Shown one piece after another: positions 1-7,539 of a DNA stretch of 64,000 nt (position 1 is the first letter of the stretch; each line of letters begins with the position of its first letter). The stretch lies in assembly GCA_020627535.1 (NCBI GenBank), contig JAHDGU010000001.1, positions 164,670 through 228,669 on the forward strand. Reading direction: 5' to 3'. The notes under the pieces are model-generated. The model saw only the letters and a program-made list of their open reading frames with translations. It did not search any database and was not told the origin of the DNA. Source of the stretch: Saprospiraceae bacterium. GTDB taxonomy: Bacteria; Bacteroidota; Bacteroidia; Chitinophagales; Saprospiraceae. Made by a program: the position numbers and the translations under genes.

Positions 1-3000
1 AACCCTTGATCATCATAACAATCCAGGAGGGACTCGGCTTGATCCGATTGAAAGCTTGCTGTGCCTTGGATTGTATCTCCACAGCTCACACGTGTAGCAG
101 TCTTACACTCTGACCCGGAGAGCTCGTAGGCACCGATATCCACATACTGATCCATGATGCGGAATGAACCTTGGAGGTCCGTCTCTACGTCTGACGGAAT
201 CGCATCATTGTTGCCCTGATTGATGGCAGGTGAGCCTGTGGAGAGGCGAAGATCTCCTGTGAGCGTATCTAAGAAGAGTGGATCAGCGTCAAGATTATTC
301 CCGCCGTCAGTGACATTGGGAGGCATGATGACCATTCCATCTTCTGTGTCATCTTCCAAGATGGAATATGCTATGGTGACACTTTCTGATGATGTACTAG
401 CGATCTGAGCTCCAGAACTATTTGGGGCAGTATTTCCCCAGAAAATTGATCCCTGAATATCCAAGGAGCTCATACCTTCAGAACTAATGGCACCTCCTTG
501 TTGAGAGGCCATGTTTTGTGAAAAACTACAGTTGATAATTTCGTGATCATTCTGGCCTACGCTTCCTGTACTAAATATTGCTCCACCGTTGGCACAACTA
601 TTTTTGTAAAAAGCACAGTTGATCATCTCCGTAGAGCAACTTCCTGTGGAGCCCCAGTTATATATAGCAGCTCCTGCCAGGCTTGTTTCGTTTTTTGTGA
701 ATGCACAATTCAAAATTCTTGTGCTATTATTCCCCAAAGAAGCTCCATCGTTGAAAATACCAGCGCCAAAGATTCCAGAATTGCTGCTGAAAGAACAATT
801 GGAAATCGTGGGACTGCAAATGTTTCCTCCTTCTCTACCTCTCGTGTGGATGCCTCCCCCGGCACTTTCCGGGAAGGGGCCATCGCAATTCCCTCCTCTA
901 AAGCTGAAGCCATCCACCACGCAGCTCGAGTCTATATTTCCACGCACACTTTCACCATGGATGATCATGATGTGATAGCTATTGTCAGTGCTATCCCCGG
1001 TGACACCTATATCTCCTGAGAGTATGGTCTCATGTGCACGGAAGTCTCGATCTGCCCGAGCTGTCTCTGATCCATCAAAGCCTCCATAGATGGCAAGATT
1101 CTTTGGGATATAAAAAGTCTTGTGTCTGTCACTGGCAGGTAGAATTCCCAAACTCACGGTATCCGTCGGAAGATATGTCCCCTCTGCCACCCATATCTCC
1201 CCTGCGAGACTATCACACTCACAGGCGAGGTCGATAGCGTCTTGCAGATCTCTGAATGCACCAGACCAGATATTGCCGTGCTCAGGACCAGTCGCATCGA
1301 TATCTACGAGCAGGGCATTTTGCGCGCCGGGACAGAGATTTTCGTATGCACCCATGTCTACGGTATCTCGTATGATCCGAGGACTGCCTGCAAGATCGGT
1401 CGTGATGCCATCTGGAATGCTATCATTGTTCCCTGCATTGATGGCAGGGCTACCTAGCGTCAGACGCAGATCGGTGCTGTCTCGGAAGAGCGGGTCGCTA
1501 TCTAGATTGTTACCGCCGTCGATGACATCAGTCGGGACTCCACCTCCTATGATGGAGTGGCTGAGAGTGGTATGGTTGAGTGATGAGCTCTCATAGATTT
1601 CGTTTTCTAGGTTGGCTTCATTCTCCCAGAAGATGCAATTGCTGATAGTGATTGAATCTGTTACAGAATTGTAAATAGCCCCTCCATTAATGACAGCCAG
1701 ATTTTTTGAAAAACTACAATTGGTGATTGAGGCGTAGCATGCATTATTATATATCGCTCCACCAATATTGGCCTTGTTATTCAAAAAGACAGAGTTGCTC
1801 AATTCATATCTGGTAGAAGCTGTATTCCAGGCGTAGATTGCGCCGCCATCATTTGAGACTTCATTCTTCAAGAATGAGCAGTTAGCGATCTTGGCAGAAG
1901 TTTCACCTAATCTGCCATCTAGAAAGATTGCACCGGCATACCGGCCTTGATTTTCTCTAAATGTACAGTTGGCAATGGTCGGATTACAGACATTCCCTGC
2001 ATTTCGTCCTCGCACATATATCGCTCCTCCAGCATAGGCAGGATTGGTGCCATTACATAGGCCATGCTCAAATATAAATCCGTCGATCTCACAGCTCCTA
2101 TCGATATTGCCTCGCTCCAGCTCCCCATGGATCAGCATGATATGATAGCTATTGTCAGTGCTATCCCCAGTGACGCCGATGTCTCCCGAGAGTATGGTCT
2201 CATGCTCTCTCCAGTCTCTCTGAGATCTGGCATACTCTGTCCCGTCAAATCCACCAAATAGCTTGACATTCTTTGGGATGTAAAATGTCTTGTCTCGGTC
2301 TGTAGCAGCGACATCTGGATTGAAAGTGAGCGTCGGCAGATAGGTGCCTTCTGCCACCCAGATCTCACCCACCAGAATATCACAGTCGCAGGCGAGCTCT
2401 ATGGCGTCTTGTAGGTCTGTGATGGCATCGGACCATCGAAGGCCATCGTCATTACCTGTGGCATCTATATCTACCAATAGCCTTGAACCAGTGCCAAGTG
2501 GACAGAAAAACTCATAAGCACCCATGTCTTGTACTTCGTTGATCATTCTTTTTCTTCCTCGGATGTCTGTGGGCTCAGATTGATCTATATTGGTCCCAGT
2601 GTTGAGACAAGGACTTATGTACTGCAGGCTGTAATCACCTCCTCCGACAAATCGTGGATTCTCAGAAATATTTCCGTTGCTACCATTGGTCAGACCGCTC
2701 CCAGTATATTCTTCTAGGCTATTATGATGGCCCACTGTTATATTGCCTCCACCCGCGATATCTGAGGGCGTGCCATTGTCAAGGTTGTTATAAAAGATGC
2801 AGTTGATCAGTGAGTCAATATTGGCGGCTTTTTCTAGGGCTCCACCCGTTCCATTGGACTCATTATCGGCGAAAGTGCAGTTGAATATATCCATGCTTCC
2901 CACCTCATGTGCCAGTGCTCCAGCTGTGGTGCCAGATGTATTCCCAACAAATAGACAGTTGGTAATACGATTGCTATCTGCACGGCTATTGACTGCACCA

Positions 3001-3530
3001 CCGACGATGGCTGATCTATTGCCCCGGAAGCTGCATCGGTTCATGAACAGCTCTGTGCCCTCGTTGAGTCGGATGGCTCCTGCGAGGAATGAGGAGTTAT
3101 TCTCGAAGTTGCAGTCCTTGAGTATGAGAGCGTCCGCTCCAGTGGTAATTATCGCCCCTCCAAATCCTGTCGCAAGGCTTGTATCACCGCCATTAGAAAA
3201 GGAAATTCCAGTGAGTCGTAACTCTCCGCCAATATGATTGATAAATCTGCTGTCACGATCGACATCCTGCGAACCATCGACGAATGTGAGTCCTGGTCCA
3301 TTGCCCAATATAACCAGACTCCGGTTGATGGTGATCTGACCACTCGTCAAGAAGATGGTGTCCCCATCCAGAGATGTATCAAATCGTATGGTGTCTCCAC
3401 TACTTGCAGAATTGATGACATCTCGTAGACTACCAGTGCCACTGTCATTGAGATTGATGACTGTATCCGCTTGCGCGAAAATGCAAAGTGCGGTGAGGCT
3501 AAGTGCTAGGGTGAAAATGGTCCTTTTCAT
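1..3530 (-). CDS. Secreted right-handed parallel beta-helix repeat protein (three choice-of-anchor-Q-like modules); 5' end complete, 3' end beyond the window
   Basis: Absent from the ORF track because it has no stop codon in the window. Reading the minus strand from the ATG at 3528-3530 gives an open frame down to position 3 (about 1176 codons). The N-terminus MKRTIFTLALSLTALCIFAQA is a signal peptide. The body is full of NCxFxxNxAxxGGAIY-type beta-helix turns. Each of three modules ends in DPxF...SPAINxGNND...D(I/M)GAYE. The + strand track ORFs at 220-3615 are shadow frames of this gene. Confidence 0.85.
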   Translation of the reverse strand, partial: MKRTIFTLALSLTALCIFAQADTVINLNDSGTGSLRDVINSASSGDTIRFDTSLDGDTIFLTSGQITINRSLVILGNGPGLTFVDGSQDVDRDSRFINHIGGELRLTGISFSNGGDTSLATGFGGAIITTGADALILKDCNFENNSSFLAGAIRLNEGTELFMNRCSFRGNRSAIVGGAVNSRADSNRITNCLFVGNTSGTTAGALAHEVGSMDIFNCTFADNESNGTGGALEKAANIDSLINCIFYNNLDNGTPSDIAGGGNITVGHHNSLEEYTGSGLTNGSNGNISENPRFVGGGDYSLQYISPCLNTGTNIDQSEPTDIRGRKRMINEVQDMGAYEFFCPLGTGSRLLVDIDATGNDDGLRWSDAITDLQDAIELACDCDILVGEIWVAEGTYLPTLTFNPDVAATDRDKTFYIPKNVKLFGGFDGTEYARSQRDWREHETILSGDIGVTGDSTDNSYHIMLIHGELERGNIDRSCEIDGFIFEHGLCNGTNPAYAGGAIYVRGRNAGNVCNPTIANCTFRENQGRYAGAIFLDGRLGETSAKIANCSFLKNEVSNDGGAIYAWNTASTRYELSNSVFLNNKANIGGAIYNNACYASITNCSFSKNLAVINGGAIYNSVTDSITISNCIFWENEANLENEIYESSSLNHTTLSHSIIGGGVPTDVIDGGNNLDSDPLFRDSTDLRLTLGSPAINAGNNDSIPDGITTDLAGSPRIIRDTVDMGAYENLCPGAQNALLVDIDATGPEHGNIWSGAFRDLQDAIDLACECDSLAGEIWVAEGTYLPTDTVSLGILPASDRHKTFYIPKNLAIYGGFDGSETARADRDFRAHETILSGDIGVTGDSTDNSYHIMIIHGESVRGNIDSSCVVDGFSFRGGNCDGPFPESAGGGIHTRGREGGNICSPTISNCSFSSNSGIFGAGIFNDGASLGNNSTRILNCAFTKNETSLAGAAIYNWGSTGSCSTEMINCAFYKNSCANGGAIFSTGSVGQNDHEIINCSFSQNMASQQGGAISSEGMSSLDIQGSIFWGNTAPNSSGAQIASTSSESVTIAYSILEDDTEDGMVIMPPNVTDGGNNLDADPLFLDTLTGDLRLSTGSPAINQGNNDAIPSDVETDLQGSFRIMDQYVDIGAYELSGSECKTATRVSCGDTIQGTASFQSDQAESLLDCYDDQG
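123..2480 (-). repeat. Internal tandem duplication of a ~1.15-1.2 kb (about 390 aa) module inside the beta-helix gene
   Basis: The protein segments LVDIDATGNDDGLRWSDAITDLQDAIELACDCD...ETILSGDIGVTGDSTDNSYHIMLIHG and LVDIDATGPEHGNIWSGAFRDLQDAIDLACECD...ETILSGDIGVTGDSTDNSYHIMIIHG are collinear. The DID codons at 2463-2471 and 1296-1304 are 1167 nt apart. DNA identity is still visible, for example tgatagctattgtcagtgctatcccc near 975 and near 2140. Confidence 0.8.
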
Positions 3531-3579
3531 GAGGGTATTTTATGATTGTTACAAAGTTGGAATCGTGAAGGAGTCATGT

Positions 3580-3598
3580 CAACTACATGATGATGTGG
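3580..3598. promoter_or_regulatory. Dyad-symmetric box CAACTACATGATGATGTGG, candidate LuxR-type operator, 49 nt upstream of the beta-helix gene ATG
   Basis: Shares 17 nt with the box at 7136-7154 and its arms with the perfect palindrome at 3730-3747. Spacing and orientation relative to the downstream minus-strand start codon match the 7136 copy. Confidence 0.45.
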
Positions 3599-3645
3599 TG
3601 GTTGATGGTTCGTAGTTCAGAGTTCGTAGTTCAGAGTTCAGAGTT
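3595..3645. repeat. Degenerate heptanucleotide tandem array (7 units)
   Basis: GTGGTGG TTGATGG TTCGTAG TTCAGAG TTCGTAG TTCAGAG TTCAGAG. Includes an exact 14-mer CGTAGTTCAGAGTT twice (3611-3624, 3625-3638). Intergenic, between the divergent beta-helix and response-regulator genes. Confidence 0.8.
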
Positions 3646-3729
3646 TCTCCATGCCTGAAATACGTTGACCTTAATGGAAAATGGCTGATGAGACTTTGGA
3701 AAGAAACTCAATCACACAATCAGTCGCCG

Positions 3730-3747
3730 ACTACATGATCATGTAGT
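3730..3747. promoter_or_regulatory. Perfect 18-bp palindrome ACTACATGATCATGTAGT, candidate LuxR-type operator, 36 nt upstream of the response-regulator ATG
   Basis: Self-complementary by direct reading. Same arms (CTACATGAT / ATCATGTAG) as the boxes at 3580 and 7136. Confidence 0.5.
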
Positions 3748-3783
3748 TGCAGCTCGACTTGAAGCGCTGTACCTTGGTACTTC

Positions 3784-4425
3784 ATGGAAGAGATAGCCGT
3801 TGCCATTATAGAAGATGATCCCGTGATCAGAGCCAGCTTGGTCAAGAGTGTGGAAATGTATCCTGCGATGAATCTGGTCTTTGCCGCTGGAAGTGTAGAG
3901 GATGCCCTTGACCATTTGGATGACAATCCTTCTGACATCCCAGATGTGGTCATGATGGATATAGGTCTGCCTGGCATGGATGGCATCTCTGGGATACCAC
4001 AGGTCAAGGAACGTCTGGAGAAAACCAATATCATCATGCTCACCACCTATGAAGAGCAAGAAAAGATATTCGCGGCGCTCTGCGCTGGCGCCTGCTCCTA
4101 TATTTCTAAGCGTACATCTCTCAAGCAGATCATGGATGCCATCTTCACCGTGTATCGCGGAGGTAGTTACATGTCACCTTCTATAGCGCGCAAAGTCGTC
4201 GAGCACTTCAAGCCGATCCAAGCCGTCAATCATACGGAGAAGCTGTCAGATCGGCAACTTCAGATCGTCGAGCATCTCAGTGATGGCAAGAGCTACAAGG
4301 CGATCGCTGATGTGCTTAAGATCAGTATCGATACGGTAAGATTTCACATCAAGAAGATCTATAAGCTCCTTGAGGTCAACACCAAGCTGGATGTCATCAA
4401 TCTGTATCGAGATGGTAAGCTCTAG
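3784..4425 (+). CDS. NarL/FixJ-family response regulator (receiver + LuxR/GerE HTH)
   Basis: Receiver motifs IIEDDP...VVMMDIGLPGMDG...IIMLTTY, followed by the C-terminal HTH LSDRQLQIVEHLSDGKSYKAIADVLKISIDTVRFHIKKIYKLL. Confidence 0.9.
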   Translation: MEEIAVAIIEDDPVIRASLVKSVEMYPAMNLVFAAGSVEDALDHLDDNPSDIPDVVMMDIGLPGMDGISGIPQVKERLEKTNIIMLTTYEEQEKIFAALCAGACSYISKRTSLKQIMDAIFTVYRGGSYMSPSIARKVVEHFKPIQAVNHTEKLSDRQLQIVEHLSDGKSYKAIADVLKISIDTVRFHIKKIYKLLEVNTKLDVINLYRDGKL

Positions 4426-6755
4426 GGATTGACCAAGAAGCTAGCGGAGATTTTAAATCCTCCATCCATCTTATATTCAAAAGATCCACCGCACTCTTCG
4501 GCTCGTTGACGCATGCTTTGAAGACCAAGTCCAGAGGTCTTGATTTGTTGTGGATCTGGCTTGCCATTGTCTTGGATGGTCAGGTGTAGCATAGCACCTT
4601 CATCCTTGATTATGGCCTTGATTTCCGATCCGCCGCTGTGCTTAAGTGCATTGGTGATGGCTTCCTTGTAAACTAGATAGACGTTTTGTCGAGTCTTGGG
4701 ATGGATTTTCCTATGCTCTTTGAGCTTGCTTCTCAGGCTGATACTCTGATGGCTGAGATTGTCGCTCTCCGCGGTAAAGTCTCTCATGCGATCGATGAGA
4801 TCCGAGGTGTTGTCTTTGCGAGAGTCAATCGCCCAGACTGTGTCTCGCATGCTTTGCATGGCTTGACGGCTCATCTTGGCCAAGTTTTCTGTGGCTGCCT
4901 TGTCTTTTTCACTACTGAAGTCGTTGAGCAACTCTGACTGCATGGCTAGACCTGTCAGCGTGGAGCCGACCTCATCATGCAAGTCACGCGAGAGCTGAGA
5001 TCTGAACTGCTCTCTCTCTGATGCTCGTTGCTTATTGATGCGCTGTCTTTGGAGTTGATTTCCGAGATAAACCAGCAGCCCAAAGAATATCAGGGTGGCG
5101 ATCGTCAGCCAGCGCCATAGGCGTTTTTGACTACTTTCTTTTTGGCTCTGGAGCTCAAGACTGAGGATCTCCTTATCTTGCTCCGCGGTCTTATATTTGG
5201 TCTCCCACTCAGTGATGGCTTGCGTGCGCTCAGATCGATACATGCTATCGCGGAGTATAGCATAGTCTTCTAATGCTTGAGATTGGGCTCTGGGATTGTC
5301 ATAGCGCTTGTAGAAGCTACGCATAGTCTTGAGAGCGAGTAGCTGATTTTCCACATTGCCTTGCTCCTTGCTCATCGCATATGCCTGCTGCAGCTGCGCT
5401 TCGATTTCTGCCAGTGAGACAGGTACATTTTCAGTCTTGGCACTTTTATCACCGTCGCTTTGGTCGTATAGATCTGCGTAAAGCTCAGCCAGATTGATGA
5501 GGATCGCAGCTTGCTCGGGCTTCAGGCTAAGCTCGATGGAGGATGCCAGTGCATCTTGCAAGATCACATATGCTTCTTGGTGTCTCTCAAGAGAGATGAG
5601 ATCTTGACCAATTGCTTGATTGATTTCTAGAACGAGCTTTTTTTGCTGGAGTGGAGTTGCAAGTTTTTTGGCCTTGAGGTGAGATTGGAGTGCTTCGCTG
5701 TGTGCTGTCTGCGCCCGATGACAGTTGCCGATGCGTAGAGCATTGTATGCTTGTAAGAATTCATACGAGAGCTCTTCGGCTATTGCATTTGATAGACCAA
5801 AGCTCTCCATGGCCGACGGATAATCCTCCAGATCATACTTCACAGCGCCAATATTGTGATGCGCTAGCGCTGCACTACGTCGATTGCCTAGTCGCTCCTT
5901 GATCTCGAGGGACTGATAGTAGTACTGAAGTGCCTGGTCATACAGGCCTTGAGTGTGAGCTATATTCCCCAGATTATTAGTGACGACGGCAATCTGTGTT
6001 TCGTGATCGACCAGCATTGCAAGATCCAGTGCCTGGCGATAAGACTCGTATGCTTCTTCATATCTGCCAGCACTTCGATGGAGTCGCCCTTGTGTGCTGT
6101 ATGCTGAAGAGACCGCGGTAGTCATCTCATGCGACATCTCATTTGCACGAAAGTGCAGTGCTCGATCCAGTACCCCAAGTGCAGAATCAGGCTTACCATC
6201 ATCTCTGAGTTGCTGTGCTTGCTCTACAAGTGTGTAAATGATATTGGCGCTATCGTTAGTATTCCGATAGATCATTAAGGCAGAATCTGTCAGGCTTTGA
6301 GCCAAGGAGTGTTCTCCGCGCTCCTTGGCGAGCTCGCCAAGGCCCAAGAGAGCTTTGCCTTGGAATACTGTCAAGCCACTAGTACTTGCCATGTCGAACA
6401 AGACATAATACATCGACCCCGCCATCTCGACTTCTCCAAGCTGCACCAGTCGACCTGCCGAGAGGTGAGTCAATCTATGGGTACAGCTATCTCCCGTACA
6501 TTTTTTTCGGGCTTCCGCCAAAATGACCTCAAGGTCCTCTGGAAATCGAGTCTTGCCAATGAGTCTCGTGAGGGACTCTTCCACATTGACCACTTCTTCA
6601 TCTTGATATGCTGCCCAGTGATCCTTAAATGTGATTTGTCCTGGAGGCGCTTGTGCGTGAGTCACAGCCAGAAAAAACACCTGACAAAAAATGACGACAA
6701 CAAGATGCGCTGGTCGGAAGAGGGGTAATAGGAGAGTGACTTTTCTCCTGATCAT
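4422..6755 (-). CDS. Sensor histidine kinase: TPR-repeat sensor region, one TM, HisKA_3 + HATPase_c
   Basis: N-terminal signal/TM segment. About 450 aa of TPR-like repeats (YSTQGRLHRSAGRYEEAYESYRQALDLA and similar). TM WRWLTIATLIFFGLLVYLG. H-box LSRDLHDEVGSTLTGL. ATPase motifs KEAITNALKHSGG, DNGKP, GLGLQSM. Confidence 0.85.
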   Translation of the reverse strand: MIRRKVTLLLPLFRPAHLVVVIFCQVFFLAVTHAQAPPGQITFKDHWAAYQDEEVVNVEESLTRLIGKTRFPEDLEVILAEARKKCTGDSCTHRLTHLSAGRLVQLGEVEMAGSMYYVLFDMASTSGLTVFQGKALLGLGELAKERGEHSLAQSLTDSALMIYRNTNDSANIIYTLVEQAQQLRDDGKPDSALGVLDRALHFRANEMSHEMTTAVSSAYSTQGRLHRSAGRYEEAYESYRQALDLAMLVDHETQIAVVTNNLGNIAHTQGLYDQALQYYYQSLEIKERLGNRRSAALAHHNIGAVKYDLEDYPSAMESFGLSNAIAEELSYEFLQAYNALRIGNCHRAQTAHSEALQSHLKAKKLATPLQQKKLVLEINQAIGQDLISLERHQEAYVILQDALASSIELSLKPEQAAILINLAELYADLYDQSDGDKSAKTENVPVSLAEIEAQLQQAYAMSKEQGNVENQLLALKTMRSFYKRYDNPRAQSQALEDYAILRDSMYRSERTQAITEWETKYKTAEQDKEILSLELQSQKESSQKRLWRWLTIATLIFFGLLVYLGNQLQRQRINKQRASEREQFRSQLSRDLHDEVGSTLTGLAMQSELLNDFSSEKDKAATENLAKMSRQAMQSMRDTVWAIDSRKDNTSDLIDRMRDFTAESDNLSHQSISLRSKLKEHRKIHPKTRQNVYLVYKEAITNALKHSGGSEIKAIIKDEGAMLHLTIQDNGKPDPQQIKTSGLGLQSMRQRAEECGGSFEYKMDGGFKISASFLVNP

Positions 6756-6852
6756 AGGACTACTGGTTCAGACCTACAAGATAGTTTTATTATTTGGAGT
6801 GCGAAACGGTGTTCTTATTCCTCAATTGGCCAGCCCGATCCTGCGAAGGCGA

Positions 6853-7086
6853 CTATGAAGCCAAAGAATACTTCGCCAATAGATTTTGTAAAAGGGCTTC
6901 GCGTACGATGCCTGCCACATTGCGTACCTGTAGTTTTTGCATGATCTTCTTGCGATGCGACTTGACGGTCTCGTCACTGATGTAGAGTCTCTGTGCGATT
7001 TCCTTGGTGCTACACTCTTGGACAATGAGCTCAATCACCTCTGATTCTCTTGTGCTTAGGCGGGTTTCGTGATTTTGAATTCTCAT
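6853..7086 (-). CDS. Stand-alone LuxR/GerE-type HTH regulator (77 aa, no receiver domain)
   Basis: LSTRESEVIELIVQECSTKEIAQRLYISDETVKSHRKKIMQKLQV is a full GerE helix-turn-helix. ATG at 7084-7086. Confidence 0.75.
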   Translation of the reverse strand: MRIQNHETRLSTRESEVIELIVQECSTKEIAQRLYISDETVKSHRKKIMQKLQVRNVAGIVREALLQNLLAKYSLAS

Positions 7087-7135
7087 GGTGATTTTCTTTT
7101 CTCAGGATAAAGGTTTGATTCTCTGACTTGTCAAT

Positions 7136-7154
7136 CAACTACATGATGATGTAG
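7136..7154. promoter_or_regulatory. Dyad-symmetric box CAACTACATGATGATGTAG, candidate LuxR-type operator, 49 nt upstream of the LuxR-solo ATG and in the divergent region with the M36 protease gene
   Basis: Near-identical to 3580-3598, with the same 49-nt spacing to a minus-strand ATG. Confidence 0.45.
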
Positions 7155-7539
7155 CGAGCGCATCAGTCCTTGACGCATCTGACGCTGAAGTCTGCCCGAA
7201 GTGCGGTTGGGAAAAACTGTCTAATGTCAATCGTGTTGAAAACGGCGAATGGTGCAAGATAGATAGCACCAGGAGCATAGGTATGCCAATAGGACGCTAG
7301 TAAGAGATCTCCAAAGAGTCCTGAAACCTCCATCTCGGGTTATAAATCCAGAAGAGTCTGTTGCATTAGTTCTGGAATAGATTTGTCCAAAACTATCCTA
7401 GCCAAGTTCAGTTCATAAGAGCTTCTGATGCATCGATTCTCATGGTCAGACCGACGGTTTTTGAAGCATACATTTTATCCCCATCTATGTCTGTAGAGAG
7501 TCAAGAAAAAGCGGCATCTTGATGCTATCTTTAGAAGTA

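Noticed and set aside
220-3615. Fourteen + strand and four minus-strand track ORFs (60-158 aa) covering the first 3.6 kb
   Set aside because: All are out of frame with, and fully contained in, the uninterrupted minus-strand frame <1..3530, which encodes a coherent signal-peptide-bearing beta-helix protein. Their translations are low-complexity shadow sequences.
7519-7539. N-terminal extensions of track ORFs starting at TTG/GTG or upstream ATG (7519, 15294-16039 region, 21876, 24625, 24644, 29201, 30507, 37904, 39136, 39873, 41311, 49115, 53071, 59485)
   Set aside because: In each case an internal ATG produces a canonical signal peptide or a conserved N-terminus and removes overlaps with neighbouring genes or promoters. 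The exact starts remain uncertain without experimental or comparative data.
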